Shown piece by piece: positions 28,510-41,543 of a stretch of DNA of 64,000 nucleotides (its first letter is position 1; every line of letters starts with the position of its first letter). The stretch covers positions 398 through 64,397 of the forward strand of contig ADNK01001858.1 of the NCBI GenBank assembly GCA_000320545.1, written 5' to 3'. This stretch comes from Bigelowiella natans CCMP2755 (taxonomy: Eukaryota; Protista; Cercozoa). The notes below the pieces were generated by a model. That model had not been told where the DNA came from. It was given only the letters and a program-made list of their open reading frames with translations, and made no database searches. The position numbers were made by a program, and so were the translations under genes.

Positions 28510-28604
<95 letters not shown>

Positions 28605-29388
28605 AGTGGTTTTAAGTGTAATCCACTCTTCTTTCTTCTATACCAAGTCACCGAAAATCTCGACACAGGTGAGAATGAATCCGATGATGCCCTTTGAAAT
28701 CATAACGGTGATAATGGGTGTATGAGACCAACGAAGACAAATAATTGTAGGGATGAGCGAAGAGGCAAATTGATCTTGCAGACGTCGCTAATGAACGTTT
28801 TGTTCTACCAGGATCATTAGCTCGTTCACCACATGATGGTACAGGCTCTCGTAGAGATGAAATTCTTGGACTGAAAATAGCACACGGCAAGATAGGCACA
28901 AGAAATGTGCAAGTTTCATGTTTCGATTGATTTTGCTGTTCTTACAATTTCGGTGCCTAACCTCTATTCTCTAGCCATTCGGAACCCTTTCCAATAGCGA
29001 CTGTTGCTATACTCTAATGTGTGTGAACATAGACACATAGGCAGCACAAACACACAACAGAGGTGGTTTTACAAATGCAGAATAGTTCTGTGTCATTAGA
29101 AGATGCTTCCACAGTGTAGATAGATGGCTGTTTACTACCAGGATTATAAACACTGCGCTGAACAAGGTGATGCTCAATCCATAATCAGCGGCCTAAGCGG
29201 AAATAGCAACCGAAGAGAATTAAGTACAAGCCGCGTCTCCAATTGACACCCATGCTCAGATTTTCTTGAACGTCGCCAGCCACCACGACTACTACCTCAA
29301 AGATTGAATGCCCATGCTCACAGTGATGATCATCATACGAAGAGTTGCCACTGGAGGAGGACGAAGCCAGCAGTCGAAGTGTCTCCAT
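20816..29388 (-). CDS. MLO-like multi-pass membrane protein with C-terminal EF-hand pair, more than 25 exons
   Basis: Exon peptides: METLRLLA.., SITLFSAVFIIL-SIATVAIGKGSEWLE, LYHHVVNELMIL-GIIGFIL, LHLVEIAHFVLLAFGLNYV, YFLNRRPDIEKRKFNFVL-YIRRALEHEMLHLIHIK, LWRCHHGMISNVVE-VMLFFQCVYIGLFIM, FLMLLPC..EPYFLAHAITG. Then AFRDLDIDGDGRVLPEELKTWM and RLWSLIDEKHQGNITPDDFIRVI. The 3' end is approximate. Confidence 0.78.
28510..28601. repeat. Compound self-complementary microsatellite (CA)n(TA)n(TG)n inside an MLO-like gene intron
   Basis: Read directly: about (AC)10, then (AT)19, then (GT)16. Confidence 0.95.
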
Positions 29389-29658
29389 GAAGGAAGGTCA
29401 ACTTGTCGTTCTCTCTCTCTCTGTCTTTCTTTCTCCCCCTCTCTCTCCCTCTCTCTCTCTCTCTCTCCCTCTCTCTCTCTTTATCTTTGCGTTGTTGTTT
29501 GTGGGTGGTGTCGGATGATAAATTTGAAACTGCAATCTCAGTAATCGGAGCAGCGGGTCAAACTACCGTTACTGATCAAAGGATGAAAGCGTCAGATCCA
29601 TGCGAATTTATACGTGCGACAATCAAACTTGTGAGCGATTTGGATAAGAGATATATTT
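29389..29658. promoter_or_regulatory. Putative bidirectional promoter/5'UTR region between the divergent MLO-like and SDR genes, containing a (CT)n tract
   Basis: The two start codons are only ~270-340 bp apart, head to head. CT-repeat tract at ~29410-29481. Confidence 0.45.
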
Positions 29659-29730
29659 ATGCGGAAAACATCTAACAGAATGATAGAGGAGCATTCACAA
29701 CAAAAACAACAAAAATCATATGGAGCGAGC

Positions 29731-29928
29731 ATGGCCGACGACGACGCCTCATGGCGAGCCGTTGCTTTGCTGGCCCTGCTCGGGTGCCTTCCCTACGTGT
29801 TTAACATATTCAAACTAATCCTTTGGCTCTATCGAAGAACGTTGAGGAGACGTCACGATCTGATCAAGAGGTAAGATTGTGGGAATAAATAGTGACCTTG
29901 TTATGAGAAAGACGAAGTTATTTTCTCG

Positions 29929-29959
<31 letters not shown>

Positions 29960-32436
29960 TTCGTATGGATTGCGCAAATAGGTATGGGACTGCCACTTCA
30001 GATACACCTTGGGCAATGGTAATAGCAGATGATCTTTCTTTCCCTACCTCGCACACACCAAAATAAAGAGCTGCTGTAGGCTTGTTCTGTGCCGACGACG
30101 ATGATGATGGGTAATACAGGTGACAGGTGGTTCCGATGGCATCGGTTTTGCATTCTGTGAAGAGCTTGCCGAAGCAGGATTCAACATTATGGTGAGGATG
30201 ATAAGACAAAATTGACTTTTTTCCACATTCCACAACACAGACCTGCCTTTTCTTCTTCTTCTTCATCATCATAACTTGCTCAACAACTGCAACGAACTAG
30301 ATCGTCTCTCGCACGAGGAAGAAGCTTGAGAAAGCGCTAAATGATCTCCAGCAGCGATTCGACGTGGCGGTGAGTGGCATTCAAATCGATCTTTCGACAG
30401 TCCATGAAGACATTAATGGCGAAAATGATGGCTCACTCCGAGCATTACGAAGTGCATTCAGGACAAGTAAGTCGGCCAATATCTAAACAGTGCCATTATT
30501 TGATTGACTATTGTTATATGACGTTACAAATAATACTGACTTGATAATCATCATCATCACCACCACCATCATCATATCTGCCATTATCTTCACCACATCA
30601 TGTCCTAACCAATCCAGGAGATGTTTCCATTGTCGTTAACAATGCCGGCGTATCGCGAAGACTGCCAGCTCACTTCCACACGATCACAAACGAGGAGCTG
30701 AAGAAGTAGCAGATGTTGGTGATGATGATGATTTGGTGGTGGTGACATGAAGAAGTGTGACACAGAAACAGCACAAATCCATGCGGTCGTAATAATACTA
30801 CTAACCTGCTCGCAATCCCCCTCCTCTCTGTTCATGATAGGATGATTACTATTAATTGTACGAGCGTTGCGGCAATATCAAAGCTTGCCTTAGCCCATTT
30901 CCGTCTTCGAAATCACCAAAGACAACGAAGTGAAGAAGCTGAAGAAAGCTCAGAACGACGACGTAAAGGTAGTACTGCTACCATTAGTTGTTGTTGTTAT
31001 TGTTGTCGCGGGGGGTGAGAGGGCGACAACATACATGCACCTATTCATCTATTTGTTTCTTTCTAACTTATCTATTCGTCAAAATGCTGCGTTAGGAGCT
31101 TTGGTCATTATAAGCTCTGTGACCGCAGAAGTTGAGGCCCCAGAGATGAGCGGGTAGTAGTAGCAGCAGTAGTAGCAGTAGCGAACAATGATGATGTATA
31201 TCATCGAGTTTGTTGAAAAGGCTTCAGTAGCGAGGCGGCGATGATGATGGTGTTGTTCTACGATATAGCAAGCACCGCATAGTGGAGAGAAGAGGACAAT
31301 GGCAGTGATCTAGTGTTAGAGAACTATGTTGTGACGAATATTCCCTCTTCTCATCACCCCATCATCATTATAATCATCATCTTCATCAAAACAAAACAAA
31401 ACACCCCTCCTTCTCCTCCTCCTCCTCCTCCTCCTCCTCCTCCTCCTCCTCCTCACAACTTAAAGCTACGCAGCTACCAAGGCGTTTGACTTGCAGTTGG
31501 CTAGGAGCCTGAGCTTGGAATATGAGAGGCATGGTGTAGATGTCCTCGCTGTAACTCCAGCATACGTCAAAACGAAACTTAGGTAATATTATGTGCCCGA
31601 TGATCATATCAACACGTGCTTCTTTCACCACTAGATGATCATACCTGTACTTAAAGTGGTGTAGAGGTAATGCGACATAATACGTACATCCATGCTCATC
31701 ATCACCATCATCATCATCATCATCATCATTATCATCATTATCATCATTTTGTGGCGACCATTATGAATCAGTGGCGCGTCAAGATTGGGGGGGTTTCCAC
31801 CGGTAGTATCGGCACGTGATTGTGCACGTGGTGCTCTTGACTCTCTTGGTTATGAAACGGTCACACAGGGTCATTGGCTTCATGATATACAGAAAGCTCT
31901 TGTGGTTGTTTATTTAAACACACAAACACACACACAAACACACACACATACACACACACACACATCACACCACACGTGTCTTTTTCAGGTTTTGCCCCCC
32001 CCCCCCCCCCACCAGTCATCCTCTCTCGATTACACACACGCTCATATTCACAACCAGAAATACTTACGCTAATGTGGTCGTCTGTGTGCCTCAGAGCATA
32101 GTGCCAAATCCACTGCTCAAGGGGGAAATATTAGATGAAATGCACCGATTTCGAGAACGAAAACGGACCTTTTTGTCCTCCTCTCCTTGTTCTGGAACCA
32201 GACGTGCAGAGAGTATCGCAGCAACTAGCATTGAAAGGAAGATACCACATACGGCGAGAGGTGACAAGCAGGATCACAGCTTCATAGTGACGGCTGATGA
32301 TATGAAGGCTAATAGCGATGATGCTGACTGCATTGACTATCTAGATCGGACCGCTAAGCATCATGTTCTCAGTGGTGATGAAGATGAATTAGATGATGGC
32401 CAGGTCGACTCCAAACTACTTTCTTCCGTCGCGTGA
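29731..32436 (+). CDS. Very-long-chain 3-oxoacyl-CoA reductase / 17beta-HSD12-like short-chain dehydrogenase, multi-exon (in-frame upstream ATGs at 29659 and 29680)
   Basis: N-terminal TM segment, then YG..[53 protein letters not shown], YAATK (YxxxK), LSLEYERHGVDVLAVTPAYVKTKL and LGYETVTQGHWLH. Confidence 0.9.
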
Positions 32437-33887
32437 CTTCACAGCACGTTACTATGACGCATGTAAAGGCTAAGACTATAGCAGCTCATCGTGGCGTATG
32501 TCGCATGTGAGAGACTTTAAAAAAAAGGCTCGCGAGCTAGCAGAGTTCTGGGTTGTTGGCATCAATATGATAGAAATGATTGAGGACGCACAGAAAAAGA
32601 ATAGCAAGATCACGGCTAGCTAATAGCGGCGAAAATTTGTGCAGCGTACGCAATGGCGCGATACTCTGGCGATGATTTCTTTGCTGTGTCACTTTGACAA
32701 GGATCCTTTTGATGAAAGATATGTGCTATGCCCATGATTTTTTGTCATGTCATTGTAGCAATTCAGCTCAACAGTAGGTCCGCAGTGGGTGCATGATCGA
32801 AATTGCGAATCGCGTTTTTTTGGCATCTTTCCTACCAGGAGCAGCAGTAGTGCACGTACGGACATCTTTTGTGGGGTGTGGTAGGGGGTCTCCTGCATGT
32901 GCCATCAAATGTGACTGCAGGGCTTCGACTACGTGTGCAGTGCGGGTTGCATCATCCCGTACGTGTTTGCAGCTTTTTCACATGTCAACATAACGCCTCG
33001 TGCTCGTTGCAAACTCACATATTCGTTTCATTTGTTCATGCTCAAAATGCATGTATGACGTATGTAGCGCGCTCTAACTATGAACAAACACGAACACACA
33101 CATGGTGTATTCACGTAGCACACATGCACGCATTCTCCTCCATCTACCAACATGGTAATCTGACAAATTTGTCCGTGGCTGTTTTCAATCGTTAGGTATA
33201 TCAAATAAACTTCACTGTACAGACATACATATGCCCCCGCGGGCATGAAGAAGTAGTAGTAGAATAAGAAGAAGAAGAAGAAGAAGAATAAGAATAAGAA
33301 GAAGAAGAAGAAGGCATGCCATTCAGAATAAGGCATGTAATCCCTATTTTTCTCTCATTTTTAGCTTTCAAAAATTTCTCATGCATCCATACGTGGATGA
33401 ATCGTAATAATCAGCACCGGCAACGTGCAACAGATAGTGCGACAATCGTGGTATTGAAATGATTCTTCTTTCTGGTTGGCTAACGCTCAAACTGAGACTC
33501 CATAACATTGATGAAGAATACAAATTAATGCGAAATGTAAAATTGTGATGCAGCACAGTAGCGTGTGCGTAGAAGATAACAGATAACGAGGCAACCAAGC
33601 TTGACCTTTCCCCAACTGCCCTTTCAGTCATGTTGTTCTCTTATAAGCACGTGTACATGTGTAAATATATATATTGTGGACGTTTGTATTGAGCAGTCAC
33701 CAAACTCTCAACGAAGAAGAAGAAAAAGGAGGAGGAGGAGGAACTGACGAATTACATGATAACTAGTAAAAATATGTATAGAACGTCAAGTAAGAAGCAC
33801 ATCTTATCCAGCGCAACAATTCACTGTTGCTTCCTCAGTTGGAGTAGAAAGACAAGTCTCTTCTTCTCCATCCACCATTTCCTCACA

Positions 33888-34526
33888 CTACCAAGAGAAC
33901 ACCTCAGACACTTGCTCATCAGGCACTAGAGGCCAAGTCGGACTCTGAAGCAACACATATTTTTATTTTAATTATGATTATTATTATTGTTATTATATGA
34001 TTTTATTATTATTATTATTATTACTCTTGCTATTATGCTCCTGTTACCATAAATTGACTGCGGAGAAGATGGTTACCAAATGAGGGTATGAAAGAACGGT
34101 AGGAGCCAATTCGCTATGCTGCTGCTGCTGCTATTGCAATTACTCTTTTTACCTATCTTCGGAGTTATCGTTGACTAGCTATACTACTACTACTACTATT
34201 ACTGCTACTGTTACTACTTCTACTACTAGTAGTAGTGGTACTGGTATTAAGAATAAGCACCTGGTTGAGCCTCAGGGTCACGGCAGTATCTGACCTTGGG
34301 CGCGAAGGCAGCCCACGTCTAATAAAAAGTATCATGTTTCGTTCATTGATAGCGATGATGATAACAAGCATCATGATCATCGATCGATATATGCATTGCC
34401 CTACGTGAGGAGGAAGAATCTGTAAGGGGAAAATCTGTATTACCGGGGCTTGATTTCGCTCTCTAGAAACTCCTGGACATACCTAATAGTCATCAAAGTT
34501 GTATGTATTCTGAAATACGCGCGCGC

Positions 34527-34565
<39 letters not shown>

Positions 34566-36572
34566 AACGCAAACATAGGCACACATACGTGTACTAAGTG
34601 CGTATGCGTGTGTTTGCACACGTGCTCGATTTGATGTCGGCGCCGTATCATATTGGTGGTTGGGTAAGTGTTACAGCTGGTAATATATACAAGGAGTAGT
34701 GCTAATATTGTCTACCATGCTTGATCCCAAGTGTTAAGCATATGAGCAATGCCATCAAGCTGTAGTAGTATAATTTAACCAACTTCAGTAATAGCAGCAG
34801 CAGAACGATATAATTATATATAGTAACAACAACTCAAGTATTATGATGGATTCTGCCAATTTTTTGTAATCTTCACCTTATTATACCGTCTAATTAACAG
34901 CAACACCACCTTATCGAGATACTGCTGCTCTGAGTAAGGGAATGATGGATTTCCTAGATGAGGGCCGTAGATATTCACTGCGACCTGTTGTCATAGCAAA
35001 AATGGGTCATGTTTAACATTTGAAACATGATGTGGCAGTAGTGTCGAGTTAATCATCCTCCACGCAGTTCATATCATTACAGTTTGCGATTGGTACAGTT
35101 TTTTTTTTTTATCATGATGCTACAAAAATGAAGATGATATGCAGTGACAAACATATGCGTAGCATCAGAGAAATGCAGATCTTCTAAATAGGGGTGTTTC
35201 TGTAGATGCAATCCTCATTGAAGACTGATCTTCTCTCGTCATCATAATCATATCATAATCATAATCATAATCTGGCTCATTCATGATAACTGTTATTCTT
35301 TGATCTTACCTGTCGGAAGTCAGCTCCGAACGGCTTGGCTTGCAACAGCGTTACATCGTGATACTTGCCATACTTGGCAAAAACCTACGATAAATGAGTA
35401 TTGTTTTACCCATTGTTTTCTCCTATCTATTCACCAAGAAAAAGATCAGTGCATGTCCCCCCCCTGCCCGGCATTCTTCCTAGTAACCAAAAAATGATCC
35501 CACCATTTCCGCAAGCTTGCGACCGGAAATATACCGATTCTCCCCTTGCGTCTTCATCCTATCCACGAGCTGCTGATTGATCTGCAAGTCTGTGGAAGAG
35601 TCAAAAGCTCCTGACTCATCAAGCGCATCTGTGACAATCCTGATGGGGTACTTGCGTCCCTGAACGAACTCCTTGAGGTTTTCCTGAGCCTCATCATACC
35701 ACTCACGCATGCCCCAGGATAAGGTGGAGGCGGACTTGCGGAATCTGACACCCTAGTATTTCACCACATCATCATCAACATCATCATCATCATTATCATC
35801 GTTGAAGACACAGTCAGGAGTGTTCTTACTCTACCTTGTCTGCCTCAGCGCGTCGGTCTGGATTCCACTTATCATCCTGAAGGAGTGCATGAAGGAATAT
35901 GAATATTTACCTTCATCTTCGCCGAAAATCGAATTAGTTGCAGTCAGTAGTGAGAAATAGACTCTGGAATGAGGAGCGGGATTGAGCTCGCACCAAAGGA
36001 GACAAAAATAGCACACTTTGCAGCTCTTTCATTGTCACAATGCAGAACATACCTTCCAACCATACATAAATTCCTCCATTCCTTTCTCGAACTGTGTGCG
36101 TAACAATTTCCACAAAACAATTATGTACTCTGCAAAATGAAAACCTCCATCACTGGCGCTAAGATAAAGGTAACAGCAACGATCTCTAATCTAAAAACAT
36201 ACCGCTTCGAAGATAGAATGCGTCGCGACTTGCCTTGATAGATGCCCTGCAAACACACATGTTACAAAAAATGCAAACTATTTGGCTTAAATTTCGTGGT
36301 CACAGGGGTGAAGGCGTTTCTGCCAGGGTGTCGTTCTTTTTTGGCATATTAATAGCTCAGTTATGGTCACCAGTACAACTATTGAGCCTTCTCGTACTGA
36401 GGACTCGACTATTAGGTGAGACGGGAGCTCGAGCGCCTCCAGCTCGTACCCCATGACCTAGAGACGATGATTCTCCATTTCCAGTGCTACTGCGAGTCCC
36501 AAAGTTCAGGATTGCGATAGTACTCAGCCCCAAAATACAACCAAAAGTAAGGACAGGCTTCATAAATTTCAT
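33888..36572 (-). CDS. DUF3067-family (cyanobacterial/plastid) protein with bipartite signal plus transit-like leader, multi-exon
   Basis: Leader MKFMKPVLTFGCILGLSTIAILNFG followed by an S/R/G/A-rich stretch. The core ISGRKLAEM-VFAKYGKYHDV..VAVNIYGPHLGNPSFPYSEQQYLDK-LDGIAHMLNTWDQAW-YVQEFL..SRPRSDTAVTLRL matches the DUF3067 pattern (TG.EL..L...KWG..YDV, SFP.TE..Y..HL..IA..L..W, RPR..KAV.I.L). Confidence 0.75.
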
Positions 36573-37209
36573 AGGTCGGCTTTGTCGACGGCAGGGAGCA
36601 CGAGATGAGAGGTTGGGGGCGAATGGTTCACGGAGCATCTGGAGACGTGTCAACGGCCCACTCGTCAAACCGAGGCTATTTTTCCATAAATAAATAAATT
36701 TTCATGTCGTAGGATTAAAATATGGACGCAACAACTAACAAATAAAAGCTGAGTTTCGTCCCAAAAGAAAATGAAAGAGGGTACAAATAGGCCCTAATTC
36801 CCAATATTTTTTTGGACTGTGGCAATAAAAAAACAGGAGCTTGATCTGCATAGTTGTTAGACAGTTTCTCTTCCTTGCGAGTTCGCTCCGATTCTAGATC
36901 TACGAGAATTAGAGTGCAAAGTTTTCAAAAACCTAGAGACTACCTAAAAAAATACAGATATTTTAATGTCAGAAGAGCCGAGTCTGTCATTCAGATCATA
37001 ATTTCGAAAAGAAAGCCAGCTCGTATTCGGAGAAGAAATCTTTTGCAATAGTTTTTCCTTTTGCGACATCTTGGAAAGTTCCTTAGAATGAATTTTTAGA
37101 TATTTTCTTTTTTGTTACAATAGAGAGTAGTTTGACTATTTTGGCGTGGGGGTGGGTGAGAGATGGGGGTACTGCACCGCGGCTAAAGATTTCCTACCCC
37201 TTCCACGAA

Positions 37210-38298
37210 ATGGCAAAAAACTAAAATGAATACATGCCGTATGGAAGATACGACAGTAGTATTATTTTATGATGTGCATAAATTTCCCAACACTACACAG
37301 CATGGTTGCATCCAAGACGGCAGGATTCGAATAAATACAACCTCATTAAAAAAAAAAACTCTAAATAGTAGTTGTCGCAAGTGAAAATTTGTGGAGACTT
37401 GCCCCAAATGCTTCACTTTGGAGTCTATTTGATACCTTTTTATTTATGTCAAAACCCACGAAACACTTCCAATCAATCGCACCATGTACAAGACCCCCCA
37501 CCTCTTTTCCCTCCGCCCTCAGCCGTCTGTCCGTCCCGTCTCTCGTATATTTCATGCATGTCCTATTAAATTTGCCTGCATAATAGCTATAGGCAACAAA
37601 ATTTGAAGAAAATGCGATAAAAGCATCTTTCTGAAAAGGAAGAACTTTCATCAATTGCGCAATTGTTCTGCAGTTTTCATTTGTAAACGAAGTTTACAGT
37701 TTATTAGATGTACACATGAGTTATTTTAATACAATAATCAGGGCTATAGAAACTATTACTCAGGAAGAATATTACCAATCATGGGGCAAGGTGGATGATA
37801 CCACACAGCTGCATCGATTGAAAACTTTGTACTAATTGCTTATGTTGTAGGCGAAGGAAGTAAACAATGACGACGGAGTTACATTCACGATACTAGCAGT
37901 GTGTCTTTCAATAGGAATGTGGGCCTATGAAGGAGGATGGGTAATAATCCGATTCATTTTTCTTACATGTGGACTCAAATTATGACTCCTTAAAGGTGGC
38001 GCTTGTTCTTTCCAAATTATGGTCGGGATTCCCGACCCTTCTGACAGTTGCACAACTCCTCGCTGGGTAGTAATAAGTATTTATGCCACTGAAAATGTCG
38101 GAATTTGCCTATGTATCGGGAGAAGGCACTGATCAGAAATTGTTGTGATTAATTGATATCGAATGCCCAATGGAGTTATGGATATTATTTTTTAGGTTCA
38201 CAATGCTAGTTCCGATTATTTTCTCGATGACTATGATGCTTACCATCGTTGGTATTTGGGCAATGCGTCAGAAGAAGCCTAGTTTCAGCTTAATGTAA
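37210..38298 (+). CDS. Hypothetical membrane protein, multi-exon; start uncertain
   Basis: In-frame spliced segments: AIETITQEEYYQSWGK|AKEVNNDDGVTFTILAVCLSIGMWAYEGGW|VALVLSKLWSGFPTLLTVAQLLAG|FTMLVPIIFSMTMMLTIVGIWAMRQKKPSFSLM*. Confidence 0.5.
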
Positions 38299-39000
38299 AT
38301 TTGATGAAGAAAAAGAGACTTGAAGTTCAATTCAGTACAGAGAAGGTTTTTCATATATTTAACCGGTCCGGGTAAATTGAACCAGCAATGTGAAATGGTC
38401 TTAATAATGTAATGACAACCCAGTGAACATTTCTTCATGTATAGTCATCGATATTGCATCATGTCATATCATAACATCAAATAATTTGATGTAAATATCA
38501 ATAAATTCGCACAAATGCACACGTTATAACCTCAATTGATGATAATAGTAACGTTGCATCTTCATTACAATTATCTATCTCCATGAGTACACACTTGCAA
38601 GTGCACCTGCTGTGGATCTGATGATGCGATGTGGATCATTGGTGAATGAGTGCACGCATCGCATGGCTTGATCGTGGGGAGCTAGCGAGTCGATCTTTAC
38701 CTATTCTATGCTACGGCGTCGGAGAGGAGGACACCATGAGCTGTGATGTGTGGTGATCGAAGAACAAATGGTCATCCTTTCCTTTGAATGGCAAGATGGC
38801 TATTGTCATCACATGATGCTAGCATGTGTTGTTTTGCCGACGTTGGACGTACGTGCAGCCTGCCAAGCTTGCAGCACGCGTCGATGTATGTGTCAAGACT
38901 GAGCGTGCTGTGTCGCATGTTCTGCTTTGTAGCATCTGCTGTTTCTCTTTGCTACAAACGATTTTGCCGCCTGCTAGCCTGCCTGCTGATCGAAGGGACC

Positions 39001-39660
39001 AAAATCAACAGTTGTTCTTTGTTTGTCATTGTTGTCATTGGAGATTCGGCAGGACAAGCGAGCTAGCTGCTAGCAAGGGCCAACGCACGGGTCACTTTGT
39101 CTTGATGACGGCTGTTTTCATTGGACTCATCGATCCTGTGATTGCACAAGTTCGTCAAACCTGTGACGAATCGCCAGAATGTGCATTTGGAAGCTTTTGC
39201 GCGCGACCAAGCGCGTCATGTGATGTGACAGACATTGGATTTGCTCGCATTTCTTTGAAATTTTTCGTGCATGTCACGTTTGGTCAAACGCACGCGCAAA
39301 AGCATTCAAAATGTGGCAGCGAACAAACGCGCAGCGTGCATCCGCTGCACAACGGGTGTGAATTTTCACACTTTGCGCGCTCACTGAGGACTTGAAAAAA
39401 AGGACATTTTGGTCAACATTTCGGTCATTTTTTGAGGTTTGGCCATTGGACAAGTTCTGATGACTTTTCTTTGACCAACTGCAACTGCCTGCTTGTTTCA
39501 AAGCGCGTCGTAAAAGCGCTGCACTGTTCACAACCCCGTCGTCACCAGGTTTGACGGACTTGTGTGGACGACACAACTCCGAGAAACATGTCAAGCATGT
39601 TTGGACTAGATCCGGGGCAGCTGGCGTGTCACCCATTCATGAATCATTTGACTGCACATG
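39001..39660. other. TpA-depleted, TpG/CpA-rich non-genic block
   Basis: Manual count of 4 TpA in 660 bp, with none between 39073 and 39510. CpG is abundant. Confidence 0.85.
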
Positions 39661-40576
39661 CACGTAGTCAATGAATTCTTAGATGACACATTTTCTGCAA
39701 GGTGATGTGTCATCATCGACATTCAAAGGATGTTTCCTCTACATTCTCCCCCCCCCCCCCTCCGCCCCCTCGCCTATCTGGTCCAGCGCATCATGTGTGT
39801 AGTCCTCCCATGTTTGAATCTGTTGTTGAAGGAGGGTGGGTGCGGGGGGTGGAATGGAAAGATGAGGGTGAGAGAAAAGCAACATTTAGATTGCCCATAT
39901 ACACAATGCATCATGAGATCATTTATATATATTTAAATGAGCATTAGGCTTCATCTCCCTTGTCATTAATGTCATTCTCCGTGTGGCCAAGAGCACCCTA
40001 TTTCGTCACATCAATCTGTCATACACATGCTACTACCACTACCACTACCATCCATGCTGTAGCAAACCGCGTCACTGCATGGAAGCGCGCTCTATGCGAC
40101 CAAACTCTGGGTGCGCATGATGCTTCTCAACCGGTTATGAGAGGATATTTGCTGTTTGTTTGTTCTTAAAGAAGGTCCAAGAACAGCACCCTCTTCTACC
40201 AATTCACGAGATTCCATCGCTCTCAGATGAAAGGGAGACGGAAAGTGCGTTAGATTTCACCTTTGCTACTTAGCTGCAGCGCTTGAATGGTGTTAGTTCT
40301 TGGCATTACGATGAGAAAAAGTGATGATCGCCGAAGTGACGTTGCTGCTGTAACAATGTAAACTCAGCCGCCTCACCGCCATGAAGAAATGTAGAAACGA
40401 GGATGCTGCTTGCATCATGCGCGCGCTGTGATAGTGACATTTATTGGGGAAGAATGCGACGCGCTGTACTTTTCACGCCAAGCAAGGAACATTTTTCTTT
40501 GCGCAAATCACATGGTGCATGCAAGCGCAGATTGGCTCGCACTGAGTTGTGCATAATTCATTGATAAATTTTTACT

Positions 40577-41543
40577 TTAATTCAATGGCAAGTGTTGGAA
40601 ACAAGAAGTGAACCCTGTAGCCATAACAGCCCAATGTGTTCCCATTTCTAACTGGCTTCTATTCTGTTTAAATCTACCAACGATGGCAATTGTTCGGGTG
40701 CCTTCTTTGTTCTGTATTTTCACCACCATTGGTTTTAGCCTCATTTTGGCTTTGTCTTTGCCTTTTGATGGTATTCTGTAATCTCGACCTTTCTTGTCGG
40801 CCGTTGTTTCTATGTGCATTGATTTAATGAGTTTTTTCCTCAATCTTCGCAGCTTGCGGGAGATTTGCTTCTTTACTTTTTTCATTTGTTCTTTGTCCAT
40901 ATTTTCCCTCGATGAGGGTTGTTTTGTTTTGATCTGCTGCTGCTGCTGCCTCAGCTTTCGCTTACTTCGTCTGGATGTTTCGATTTCCCAGGTGTTGGTG
41001 TTTTCAGTGATTTGGCACATGTTTGTGGTTTGGATTATAAACACTTTTATCAAACCACAACTTTTGCTGCAGACAGGTCGGCTCGGCTCCAAGGACAAAG
41101 AAGAAGGAATGTTCTCCGAATGCGATTTATTGACGAGACATCTCGAGATCATCTCCGATCCGATTCTTCCTAATGAATCCCGGTATTCTAAGCGTGAAGA
41201 ATGAGATTTTTTGAGTGGCTCTTTTCACCATGCGACAACGAAAATTATAATTATTTAGGTGCGTGTCGACACAATTCGACACATCAGACATCCTCTTTTG
41301 GCGATGACATTGCAAATGACGATGTTTTCCCTTCTACAACCTAAAAATACTTGTGACAGAACAAAAATCACCTGCGTTTTCGCTGAGACTTGGGGATTGT
41401 TGGTAGTGGCCGGCAATTTCGCTACTCGAGAACGAGAGCCAGGTCGCTGCTTCCGGAAGGTCACGCACGCGCCACAATGGGTGCTGCATGCACGAGCTCC
41501 AGGAAGATGGTGGGATTCTCTCCTTTAAATCTTGCAAGTTCAT
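40577..41543 (-). CDS. Hypothetical basic (Lys/Arg-rich) protein or degenerate gene
   Basis: 191-aa ORF 40577..41152 (KKVKKQISRKLRRLRKKL) plus a possible first exon at 41334..41543. No recognised domain. Confidence 0.35.

Noticed and set aside
38826-39395. 189-aa Cys-rich ORF (also 58203..58709) as a real gene or transposon protein
   Set aside because: No recognisable domain. The openness is explained by the lack of TAA/TAG in TpA-void DNA.
39001-39660. CpG methylation-deamination or classical RIP as the cause of TG/CA richness
   Set aside because: CpG is plentiful (gcgcgcg, cgtcg) and TpA is lost, not gained.
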